DNA from: Thraustochytrium aureum
Lineage: Eukaryota
Reading direction: 5' to 3'
Assembly: GCA_012862495.1 (NCBI GenBank)
Contig: BLSG01000310.1
Location: 77,312-141,311 of the forward strand
DNA length: 64,000 bases
Part shown: piece by piece, positions 24,208-36,100 of the stretch
Layout: the number at the start of each line of letters is the position of its first letter
Numbering within the stretch: the stretch's first letter is position 1
Translations under genes and position numbers: made by a program
The notes under the pieces: generated by a model
What the model was told of the DNA's origin: nothing
What the model saw: the letters and a program-made list of their open reading frames with translations, nothing else
The model's database searches: none

Positions 24208-24525
24208 TGCATTCTGAAAGACTCTGGCTTGAGAAGGCCACAGCAGTATGCCTGGGGCGCTCTTTCTCATTATTATATAAGTAAACGCTTTGCCCGCTGC
24301 TAGACTACCTACACAGAATGCGCTTCCCCATCACCGGCGGTGGCGAACGCGCCCGCCCCCGGGCGCAACAGCGGACAAGTGGCGCCCGTCGCCAGACCTT
24401 TGCTCGCTCGCTCGCTCGCTCGCGCGCGCGCGCGCTCTTGCCGTCTCGCCTCTTCCGAATTTCCGCGATCGCCAAGGATCCATTGCCCGCGAACGACAGC
24501 CCCGCCCGCGGCTGCTCAGAGACCT

Positions 24526-25506
24526 TTAGTCCTTGGCATCATCGGCGGCGTCGGCCTTGATCTTCTCTTCAAGGCGCTCGGCGCGGTCTGGCAGCTCGGC
24601 TATGACCCGCGTGCGGCCCACAAAGTCGCCGATGCGCTGCTGCTGCTTGGTGAACAGCAGCAAGCCCAGCTCCACTGCTGAAAAAAGAAAGACGGGCGGG
24701 ACTGACACGCCCACGGCAGTGTACACCGGCGTGTAAATGTTGCGGAATAGAGTGTTCCACCTCGAGGGGAGCTGGCCGTCCACGCGCACTATCTCAAGCT
24801 TCATGAGCTTCTTGCCTGGGGAACGCGTTCCGCTCTCGATGATCATGTCGCGCCCGGTGAAGAGGAGCCAGGTGGAGAGGGCGATGCAAAGCTGCGCGCT
24901 CTGCGGGTCCTGCAGGTCCACGAACACCAACCCGCCGAACGCGCACCCGGAGGCGAAAGACGCCGCAAAGTCGATGCCAACGGCCGCTAGACGCCGCCAG
25001 AGCAGGCCAGGGCGGGCGTCGTCTGGGACGCAGGTTAGCCCACGCGTGGCCTTGTCGATTTCCTCTCGGAAGATGTCCAACTCGGGCTGGTCCGGGGGCG
25101 CCCACGCAACCTCGTTGGTGCTCTGGTTGTGGTAGTACTTGCGCCGCGAGTTGAACTCGATGTACTGCACCCACTCGGGGTACCTGCTGTCGTACCAGTC
25201 GGTGGCGTACTCGGGTTTCTTCACGCCTTCGGGGCGCACGTCGGTGTGCTCGGAGAGGCTGTCTTCGGCCGTTGGCGGCCTGTCGTTTCTTGTCTCCCAC
25301 GTCGTGCGGTTGTAGTAGAAAAACTCGCCGCCTTCGGGGCTTTTCTTGAGCACCCACTCGTCGCCGCGAATGTCCACCACGACCTCGCCCTCCTTCATCC
25401 CGTCCTCCGGCTTGCCAGTACTAAGCATCCGCCAGCCCTGCCGGCGCCAGCCGCTCCGGGCCATCAGCTCGGCGCTGCACGGCAAGCGCAGCGCTGTCCT
25501 CAACAT
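24526..25506 (-). CDS. Two WW domains plus RDD-family membrane domain, with putative mitochondrial presequence
   Basis: WW1 EWVLKKSPEGGEFFYYNRTTWETRNDRP; WW2 EWVQYIEFNSRRKYYHNQSTNEVAWAPP; RDD motifs WRRLAAVGID, SPGKKLMKLEIV, QRIGDFVGRTRV; Arg-rich MLRTALRLP N-terminus. Start codon chosen by inference. Confidence 0.8.
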   Translation of the reverse strand: MLRTALRLPCSAELMARSGWRRQGWRMLSTGKPEDGMKEGEVVVDIRGDEWVLKKSPEGGEFFYYNRTTWETRNDRPPTAEDSLSEHTDVRPEGVKKPEYATDWYDSRYPEWVQYIEFNSRRKYYHNQSTNEVAWAPPDQPELDIFREEIDKATRGLTCVPDDARPGLLWRRLAAVGIDFAASFASGCAFGGLVFVDLQDPQSAQLCIALSTWLLFTGRDMIIESGTRSPGKKLMKLEIVRVDGQLPSRWNTLFRNIYTPVYTAVGVSVPPVFLFSAVELGLLLFTKQQQRIGDFVGRTRVIAELPDRAERLEEKIKADAADDAKD

Positions 25507-27170
25507 CGCGCGACTCGGCGGCGCGGCGGCCACGCGGTCGCCACGGCGTTTCGCGCACGCCAAAGACAACGAAGCCAAGACGCGGGCCATCCTGCAGCGC
25601 GCGAACAGGCAGGGACGCAGCGTGGGCGCCTCGACGCCTGCCTGCCTGCCTGCCTTCAAAACCACTCGGCAGCGGCGATGCCTTCCAACCTGTCAGAGAC
25701 GAAACAGGGCTGCTGCACCATCGCGATCGATCGTCGTCGTGAAAAGAATGAGATGAAGGACATCATGTCGTTGAAGACCATCGATCAGTGTCCGTCGCCA
25801 CGATCAACGAGCTGCTCGACGCGCGCGCAAGCCGATCGTCTGCCCTGTGTCTGTTCTGTTCTGGTGTGGAGTGCTTGTGCGAGTTGGAACTTGGAACAAC
25901 TTGGAGTTCGAGTTGGAACGAGTTGCGGCGCGGCGCGCAGCGGCGGTGGCCGGCTGGCGGTTGCGTGGCTTTGGGTCGCAGAGCAGAGCAGACTGACAAG
26001 GACGACCTCTGCAACTACTCTAGAGTTACCTGCCCCCAGTCAGNNNNNNNNNNNNNNNNNNNNNNNNNNNNNNNNNNNNNNNNNNNNNNNNNNNNNNNNN
26101 NNNNNNNNNNNNNNNNNNNNNNNNNNNNNNNNNNNNNNNNNNNNNNNNNNNNNNNNNNNNNNNNNNNNNNNNNNNNNNNNNNNNNNNNNNNNNNNNNNNN
26201 NNNNNNNNNNNNNNNNNNNNNNNNNNNNNNNNNNNNNNNNNNNNNNNNNNNNNNNNNNNNNNNNNNNNNNNNNNNNNNNNNNNNNNNNNNNNNNNNNNNN
26301 NNNNNNNNNNNNNNNNNNNNNNNNNNNNNNNNNNNNNNNNNNNNNNNNNNNNNNNNNNNNNNNNNNNNNNNNNNNNNNNNNNNNNNNNNNNNNNNNNNNN
26401 NNNNNNNNNNNNNNNNNNNNNNNNNNNNNNNNNNNNNNNNNNNNNNNNNNNNNNNNNNNNNNNNNNNNNNNNNNNNNNNNNNNNNNNNNNNNNNNNNNNN
26501 NNNNNNNNNNNNNNNNNNNNNNNNNNNNNNNNNNNNNNNNNNNNNNNNNNNNNNNNNNNNNNNNNNNNNNNNNNNNNNNNNNNNNNNNNNNNNNNNNNNN
26601 NNNNNNNNNNNNNNNNNNNNNNNNNNNNNNNNNNNNNNNNNNNNNNNNNNNNNNNNNNNNNNNNNNNNNNNNNNNNNNNNNNNNNNNNNNNNNNNNNNNN
26701 NNNNNNNNNNNNNNNNNNNNNNNNNNNNNNNNNNNNNNNNNNNNNNNNNNNNNNNNNNNNNNNNNNNNNNNNNNNNNNNNNNNNNNNNNNNNNNNNNNNN
26801 NNNNNNNNNNNNNNNNNNNNNNNNNNNNNNNNNNNNNNNNNNNNNNNNNNNNNNNNNNNNNNNNNNNNNNNNNNNNNNNNNNNNNNNNNNNNNNNNNNNN
26901 NNNNNNNNNNNNNNNNNNNNNNNNNNNNNNNNNNNNNNNNNNNNNNNNNNNNNNNNNNNNNNNNNNNNNCCCGAACGTGCTCGAGTTGACAGGCGCCTCC
27001 GCCATCCTGCTCGGTGTCCGACACAAGTGCAAGCGGGACTGCCGGGCAACGACGACCTGACACAGCAGGAAGCGCGGGGCTGGCCGCTGTTCGCAACTAC
27101 ATAAAGCTATTGTTTCTAGAGGAAGCTCTGCGCAGCGCTCTGGGCGCGGCGTCCCTGGCGGCGGCCCAGC

Positions 27171-30100
27171 TCACCAGGTCGCGCTCCACCCTCGGTAGTG
27201 CTGCGCCAGGTTCTCGTTCGACGTCGCCTGCTTGATGAGGCGCGAAACCTGGTCCTTGACGGGCAGCGGGAGGTCCGGATCGTCCGCGCTCGCAAAGTCC
27301 TTGCCCGTCAACTTTGCGCGCACGCGGTCAATAACCTCCACAGCCCGCTTGTTCAGGGTCTCGCTCTGCACCGAGGCCCTCCCGCCCACCAGCCCGCCAG
27401 ACCCCGAGCCGTGCTCACTCGAGTGCGAGAAACGCCGTGCCGCAGCAAGGCCCGCCCCGGAACCCGCGCCCTCCCGCCCCCAGCGGTCCACTGCGGCTGT
27501 TGGGTCTCGGTTCGAGGTTCGCGACGACCGTGCCGACGAGCTACTACCCTCCTCGGCGAGACTGACTGAACCCGCTGTTGTGTCCTCTTTGGCGTGCCCC
27601 GGCTCTGCCGCTTTGGACTCTCCTTCGGGGCGCTGCTTGACCTCATTCGGCTGGAGGATTCGCCACGAAACGAGTGGGTCGTACACGAACGCCTGAAGAA
27701 TCGTGAGGATCGACTCGTGGTTCTCGCGCAGGACGCGCATCGCCGCGCGGCAGGTGTGCCGAAAGTTGCCCTCGATCCCGCAAGCCTCCATGGCGTTGAT
27801 GAGCATCCGCGTGAGGCGGAACGGCACCCGCTCCGGGTATGCGTCTCGGTGCATGGTTACCTCAAAGCAATCGCCAAAGTCGATGTGGAGGATGCGCCCA
27901 GAGGCTCGCTCAAGCATGAGGTTGGACGGGTGCCGGTCGCCGAGGCCCAAAATGTAGCCCACCATCGACATGGTCGCTAGAGAGCGAGTGTAGACTGTGC
28001 GCCGGTCGATCCAAACCTCCGAGTTTGGGCTCTTGAGCCACAGCACCTTGGCCAGGTCCTTCCCGGACGTCTGGTCCAACGCATATTCAAAGGCCTCGAC
28101 CTTTTGCATGATCGTGCACGAGTCGTAATCTGGCGCAACATCGCTCATCAGCTTGTTCTCGATGAGAACAGGAATCTTGCGCGACTCCCGGTATCCCTTG
28201 ATCAGTGCGTTGAGCGTGTCGGTGTTCGGCACCCATTCGACGATACCCGAGCTGCTTGAAAGAGGAACCACTGCATACCGCTGGATCTCTAGGCCGAGTT
28301 TGCTCGTGTCGGTGTCCTGCTGCAGGAGCCCTTTCACAAGGCCAAAGAGCTGCATCACGCGTTCGTCCATGCGGAGGTCTTCGTTGCCCTTAAGGAGAAA
28401 CATGTGCGCGAATCCGTCGCTGCCCAGCATGGTCAGCACGCGCGGCCGCTGCTTGGACGGGATGATGCGGACAGAAGGCTCGAAGCCCATGATCCGCGTC
28501 ACGGGCTTGCCCGCCTCGTACGTCCCGGGCACGACGAGCAGCAAATCGGTCATGTTCATAAGGTACGACACATTCCGGAGCTCGAGCTGCTTGCCCCGGG
28601 CCAGCTGCTTCTTGATTTGCCGAAACACGTTGTAATACAGGTGCCAGGCCTGGTCGAGGTAGGTCAAGCTCGTCGGATCCGTGTTGATGTACTTGTGCAA
28701 CCACTCCGCCGCTTCCTGCAAATCCAAACCGTACTTTTGCACGCAGGCAACCTCGTGCACCGTCTCAGGGCCGTCCTCCATCTCGAGGTGCAGCGGCTTG
28801 AGAATGCTGATCATCTGCTCGATGTTGCGCTCGGGCGAGAAAAAGTGCCGCGAGGCTTCTTCAAGCCGGTTGTACCACTTTTCGTGCCAGAGTACGGCGA
28901 CGCGGATCAGCTCGCGCGAGATGTCGAGCGCCTCATCCACAAGCTCCGGGTACGAGTCGCGCATGTGGCGCATTACATACTTGGCTGCATTCGACCGCGC
29001 CTCGTTGTCCGACTTGGAGGCCACCGTCAGCGGATAGATGAGCTTTTGGGGGTGCGCGGCCCCGATGCGCATCAGAAGGTCGCAGACTAGGTCGCCCTCG
29101 CGCTCGAGCCGCGCGATGAGCTGCGGGACAACGACTAGCCAGGACTCAATCTCAAGGCTGTTGAAGCCCTCCTTCATGGCCAGCTCCACGCGCGAGTCAT
29201 CAAAGTGAGAAAACCACAGGGACAAAAGCCGCAGAATGTCCTGCAAGACGTCCAGCCCGTTCCTGCGCCCCAAGGACACTGATCGGAAAAACCCACGGAT
29301 CGCTGGGACGACGCACGGATGAAGCGCGCGCCGCAGTGAGCGGTCTGCCGCTCTCGATCCCATCCCGGCGCCTCGCGCCTTCGATAGCGCTTGCGACGGA
29401 TCGCATGGCGCCGGGAGCAACGGATGACGGGGCGGCCGGCGCAGTCGCCGCGCCGGAGGCCGCGGGGGGCTGCCCCGCTCCTGGTGTCGGACGTCCCTGG
29501 AACCGAAGCAGGGTGCTGCTGCTGCACCCTCCTCTGGAGCGCTTTGGAACGATAGCTTGGAGGAGCCGGCCACTGGAGCGGCCTTTTGTTCGACCTCATT
29601 TTTATCGCCCTCCCGGCCGGCAACCGCGCCGGAGCCGCCGCTTTGAAGGTCCGCGCTGCCCTCGGCCTCCCACACACTCCCGGACCCGATCGGCAGCTCT
29701 TCCGCGGAGCGCACATTTGCGAGCGCCCAAGCGTGCCAAGCTTTGTACGACTCCGGGTCGAGCTGCGTTGCCTCGTGATAGTACCGAAGGACCTGCTCAA
29801 AGGTGTGGCGCCTGTCGAGGTGCTGGGCGAGTTGTCGACCTGACTCTGTACTCGGTCTCCCTGGTGAAGCAGACGAAATCGACAGAGTCTGCGAGGCTCG
29901 CTCTATTGTGGACGAAATCGACATGCGCGATAGCCGGCCGCCGCGCCTGGCCGCCGCGCTCCCCATCAGTACAGAAGCCGTCGAAGGGGCGGACTCGCCA
30001 AGAGCTGGTCGGGATACAGACGCGGGAGAGAGGAGCAAGCCCCGGCTCCCGCCGACTTGAGGGGACGTTGACCCCCTGCTCAGGTCAGAGCGACGCGAAC

Positions 30101-33100
30101 CAGCGCCCTCCGCTCTGCTGGATGAGTGAGCGACTGTCCCTGCGACCTCGTCGTGCACCGCGAGGAGCCAAGCGCCAAGCTTGCAGTCGCACTGCAACAG
30201 CAGCCGCTTCAGCTGCCAATGCCGCCGAATGTCTATGTCCAAAGCGCGGAGATCGACGAGGTAATACTCCTCAAGGTCTTCCTCGAACTCGTCGAGCCGG
30301 TTCTGAATACCGTTCCCCTCTCGCGCTTCGTCGCGCCGGAACTTGTTGAGCTCTTTGATATCGAGCAAATTCTTAACGCCATCGCCCGCGCCGCCAAACG
30401 CGCCGTCGCTTTCGTCGTCCTCTTCTGCAAACGGCGCGTGGATCTGGCCGAGCTGCTGCAACGAACTGATCTCGATTCCGCCGTCGATGGCGGTGCCTAG
30501 CGGGTGGGCTGTGCGCGTGCCGCGGCGCTCAAATGCGTCTTGCTCCGCACAAGCCTGCAGCTTTCGTTTGAGCACGAGTCGCAACCGCTTCAGCCGTTGG
30601 ACAGCTTCAAGCCGGTCCCCAACAGCCCAAATGTTCTTGATATAGGCGAACGCGACGCGAGGCTTGACCCTGCGACGGCGCCGAAAGTCCTGACTTGTGG
30701 ACGGCGCGAGGCGCGGCGAAGCGTCGCCTTCTCGAGTCAGCGGCGCGTAACTCATCGGACCGATATCGTGCGCGGTGAGCGCGGTGAGCGCGGTAATGGC
30801 GCCCTCATTGTTTGTTGGGTTGCCCGAGCCAATGCCTAGGCGCATCAGGGCCTGAAGGCTCAAGTTATGAAGGTTTTCCTTGCGGGAGACCTTGGCAAAG
30901 TTCAACCAAGTGTCCAAGTCGTCGACGGGGTCGACGAGCAAGCTCCGGTACGCCAGGATCTGGACGAGCACAGAAGCGGTGTTTTGCACGCCTTGCAAGC
31001 GGCTCGACCATACGCGCCGAAGGCGTTGCAGGTACCGCTTGGCCTCCTCAGCGTTGTCCGACAAGGCGAGGCTTTTGTACTCGAGGATCTCTTGGAGCTC
31101 CACCATATGCTGGACTTCGACGAGGCGCGGGTACGCGCGGCTGTAGCCCTCGGCGACGAGCGACGACAGCTCCTTGTCCAAGATCACGTAAGACTTGTCA
31201 ATGTAGCGTTGGGCCAGGTCGAGCTGGTTGTCGTGCAGGGCGCGCACGGCGTGCATGAATGTGCCGTCCGTGCTATTTTCGTTCAGGTAGGGAGCATAAC
31301 GCGCGAGATCGTCCCACTTGCCAAGCGCAAAACTAGCGCTCGCGCCAAGTTTGGCCATCTCCTGCGCATACGAACGCAGCTTGGCTTCGCGGTTTTCCTC
31401 CGCTTTCTTTGCGTCCTTTGCTTGATCGCGGCGCATCGCGTCCACACTCTGACGCCGTCTACGGCCAGCGTCCTCTGGGATCGTCTCGTTTTCAGGGCCG
31501 AGCATCATCCGCTCGTCAACGCCACACGGCGACCCAAAATAATCGCGTACCTCCGCTGCCGCAGGGTTCGCTGGGCCGCTGCCAAGGCCCCCTTGGCGGG
31601 CGAACGGGAGCGAGGGCTTTTCGCGGACCGCAGGTCCCCCTAGTGCGGCGATCGACAGTGCTCGCATGTCCCGCCCATCGAGTCTGCTTCCGAGCCCGCT
31701 TCCGGTATTCCCGAACAAGTTGACCAGCTCCCGGGCACCGTGCGAGGCCTGCGAACTGGTTCGGTCCAAGCCAGCCACCCCCAAAACTCCAGCGCCGGCG
31801 ACGGGTTCAGGAACCCTCGCACCGGCCAGTAAAGGCTGCTCGGCCTTGGTCGAGTGGTCCGAGGCCGCACCCGCCCCGCGGCTGGGCCGCCGCCGCCGCC
31901 AGGGCTGGGATCGTGACGCACTATCCTCTCCTTCGTCTGTGTGATGCGAGACGAGCGAGGAGGCGTGCGAGCGGTTGCGCATGAGAACCCCAACTGGCTG
32001 CGACTCGAACATGTCGTCGTCATCGTCGTCCTCGTCGAGGCCTTCGGCACCAAGGCCAAGGCCAAGTCCTGCATGGGCACTTGCGAGCTCAACTTGGCCG
32101 AAGGCAGAACCGATCTGGGTGTCGGCCAGGCCATCCTTTCCGTGGGTAAGGAAGGCCGAGTCGTGTTTCTGCGCGTCCCGCGACTGCTGGACGTTGCGTT
32201 TCCCCAGGGCAAAGTCTTGGTCGACTAGCTCCGTCCACTTGTCTTCGAGAACGCTCAGAACTTCTTTCCAGCCGCCGACCCGATTGAGGCAACGCAGACG
32301 GCCCAAGTTCACGTCGATTAGCTCGTCTGAGAGCCACTCGTCCGCGCCTCGCCCCTTTCGCGCGCTTTGCGCCTCGTTCTGGGCTGACTTGATCTCGTAG
32401 GCCTGGAGTGCTTCATCCCAGGCCTGGAGCCATTCGTACCACTGCGGCTTGACCTCTTTCGTCTGCGAGAACTGGCTTCGAGCAAAAAGCACGACGCCTG
32501 CGGCTGCGTGCCTCTGCTCCAGGTTGTTGTTTGTGGTGATCAGCTCTTCAATGCACAGCTCTGGCTCGACGCGAAACTCGAGCTCTTTGTAGCGCAACGC
32601 CTTGGCATTGGCTTGGCACTTGAGTGCGGCTTCACTGAGCACCCGGATATCGATTGGAAGCGGGTTTGTGCCGTGCTCCATGAACTCGCAGAGGTTTAGC
32701 AGCACCTGCAAGAGGTCCCTAGGCATATTGGACGCCGTCAGCGCCAAGTGCAGGTGGGAGACGAGGCTGTTCTTCGTGCTTTTGCCGAGATCGCTCCAGC
32801 ATGAAAGGAAAGCCGCGTTGAACAGCTCGGCCCTCAGTGGCTGGTAGACCTGCGCCAGCGGATAGCAAGACTGGAGGGCCGGCTGGGGCGACTGACGCAG
32901 GAGCTCGAGGGCGAAGCGGCGCATCCACTCGACCCACTCGAGCTCGTTGCTGTTCTGCGCGATTTGCCAGGTGGCCTTGAACATGTTCTCGTCTACCTTC
33001 CTTTCCACGGACACCACCGACGGGGGCGCGGTAGGGTACCGTACCCCGCGCTGGTCGTCCAAGAACGTGTCGTCCTCCTCGGCGCCGCCATGAGGGCGGT

Positions 33101-36100
33101 GGCCGTCGAGCCACGGTGGGCGCGCCAGCGCTTGGCCACGCAGCACGCGCTGAACGAGTCCGAAATAGAGTTCGACCGCGGCCAAGTCCTTGCGCGTTTC
33201 TGCCGACTCGTCCCCGCCTCGGTCTCCAAACGGAGCGACCAAGGTGTCAACGACCTCTTGCAACGCTGGCTGAATCGCAGGCACGAAAACTGCGAACTCG
33301 GCCTCGAGCCGATACACGAGCGCAGTGAGGGCCTCCAACACAACGCGAAACATGCCCAGCTCGTTCGTGACCCACCCAGCGACGACGTCGTCGCCCTCGT
33401 CCGAGCCCGACTCACCCCTCCCCGTCCTGGACGATTTCGAGCTGCCTCGGATGCGCGACCGAGGGGTGGACACGCCAATGTCTGAGCCAGCTCCGCCGCG
33501 CGCATCACCCTGACGGAGCTCGAACCCTCGTCCTAGTTTTGGAGGCGGTTCCGGCGACTTTGCCCCGGAGCGACGGCCGTTGCGCGTATTAGAAGCGCGT
33601 GCGCCGCCAGAGACCTCCTCCCTCACCTCAGGGAGCGACGCCGCGATTCTTGCGGAGCGGCAGTCGTCGAGAGCGTGCAAGAGCGGGTGGACAATGAGGG
33701 TGGCATACTCGGCAACGTCGCAAAGCTGGATGACGCGAGCCAAGGTGCGGACCGCAACACCGCGAACGCCGGAGGGAATGAGCGTGCTGTCCACGAGGGT
33801 CGTGAGCGTTGGGATCACAAGGTAAAGGTCCTCGTCCAGAGCGCATCCAAGGTGAGCGAGGACACGAAGCACGTTGTGCGAGTCCGTGAAGCTGAGCTGG
33901 TCGCGCTCCTCGTGCAGAAGACCAAGCAGGTCGTCCAGGAGCTTGTTGACGTGCGGGCGCAGCATCTGCGCCGGCAGCGTGTCCACGAGGACCATGACCA
34001 CCTCGAGGACGGCCCGCTTCGCGATGTGCGGCCAGATCTCGTGAATCAGCTCAAATATGGCCGGCACGTACGGCACGATGTCGAGCCGCGAGATGTCGAT
34101 CAGCTTGCTCAGCTCGCTGAGGAAGGAAACGGGGGCGAACTTGACGTCGCGCGCAAGCATCCCTGATTGTGCCGAGGTCTGCAGTGAGTGGATAAGACGC
34201 GGCATGACGATCGGGAGTAGCATGGTGCGTTCGCGGTCCACCGTTCGCAACACCTTGTTCAGCGCGTCGCCAACGGAGCGGTCCATGGTGCTCTGCGTCC
34301 CCATCACCCGCACCAACCCGGTCACCGCGACGCGAGGGTAGTACTCGGTCAAGTTCTTCACCATCGAAGGCGAAATCGAGCTTGCCGAGGCTGTGAGGAA
34401 CGAGTCGATCTCGCTCTGGTCGAGCATCTGCTGCTTTTCGACTTGCGCGTTCGCGGCGACAGCCGCGATTGCTGCGGAACCAACGAAAGCCTCTCCTGGT
34501 CGCCCCCCGACGCCACCGAACACGACTCGCAGCCTTTGGCCGCCCGGCCCTGGCGGGCCGGCTCGATCTGTCCCAGAGATGCCAGGGCCAAGCGGGCCTT
34601 TGCGTGCCACGCTGCCCGCATCTGTGCCTTTGCGGTCGCGAGGGCCGCCCCCCCGGCTCTGTGGCCGAGCCCACCCTCTCCCGTTCGCCGGGACCGTTGC
34701 CCGCTGTGCCAGCCTGAGCCAGTGTGGGGGGGGGCACCACTACCAGCAAACCCGGCCGTAAACATTCCGCCCACCGCGGGCAAGCGCGCTCGTGGGCTCG
34801 GCTACACGGCGTAGAGCGTGCTGCGGCGTCTGGATTGCCGGCCCGACTGAGAGAGTGTGTTGATGTGCTGGGCAACCTCGCGAATCGACGACTTGCGCCG
34901 CGAGTGCTGCCGAGCCAAGAGCTTGGCGGACGACCGTCGCGAGCGGTTCTTCCGCAAGGCCGGCGTTGCAGTAGCAGCTCGCCTGTGTCCTGTAGCGACG
35001 TTGATTGAGGGAATTCCAGGCGAGGTGGTACTGGAGAGTCGACCAGACGCCGCACGCACAGTGTGCGACGGGCGCCCCATCGCGCTCATCTCGCCGAGAG
35101 ACCCAGCCTGGCGCTGCCGCCGCGTTCCCCTGCTCGCTGCGGGCGCCAGCGGCACCTGACCATCACCTGCTGGCAGCGGCAGCGGCGGCGGCGGCCCTGG
35201 GGGCGGTGGAGGCGGCTGAAGGTTTAGCGGAGGCGGGAGGTTCAGGGGCAGCTTTCTGGAATGTCTNNNNNNNNNNNNNNNNNNNNNNNNNNNNNNNNNN
35301 NNNNNNNNNNNNNNNNNNNNNNNNNNNNNNNNNNNNNNNNNNNNNNNNNNNNNNNNNNNNNNNNNNNNNNNNNNNNNNNNNNNNNNNNNNNNNNNNNNNN
35401 NNNNNNNNNNNNNNNNNNNNNNNNNNNNNNNNGCCCCTGACGCAGCGCGAGCGCTGGTCGGGCTCAGCGGGTCGCTCTGCGCCTGGGCGCCGCCGGCGCG
35501 CCGCGGGCTGCTTGGCGGTGCACGGGCCCACAAATGTCAGACTTGACCAAGTACGACGTCCGTCGCGCGTCGCCTGCCCAGAGCGCGCTCGAGGGGCTCG
35601 GCGAGTTGTCTCCAGCGCCGCGAGCTCGGCGAGCCCTCTCGCCGTGCAAGCCGCCAGGTGGAATGCGGTCAATATGTGCAGCCTTGCCACTCGCAAAGGA
35701 GGAGCGATCGCCGGCGAGACCGAACCAGGCTGTTGATTGGGCCGGACTGGAGACATTACGAGGCGGCCCTAAAGCAACGATGTAAGCAAAGTCCTGCTCG
35801 AGGCTGTCGGAGCCATCCTCCTCCTCGTCGTCGGAGGGGCTCTCCGCTGAGCTCTCCGCTGAGTCTTCGTCTTCCCCCTCAGAGTCCGTGCCGTTCGTGT
35901 AGGCGCGAAGCACAGCTTTGCGGAGGTCGCGGTTCGCACCCATGTCGAGCTGCATATCGCCCTCGGTGGAGTCCCCAGACGCGCTCTCGCGATTGGCTAG
36001 GAGCGTCTGTTGGTTTCGGTAGAGCCACGGGTCCAGGGCGCCGAGAACGCCGAAGGTGACCATGGCTTGTTTGCGCAAACTCCATGACCCCGGCTGTCCT

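Noticed and set aside
24403..24436. (CTCG)n/(CG)n run with Z-DNA potential between convergent genes
   Set aside because: Simple repeat expected in a GC-rich genome.
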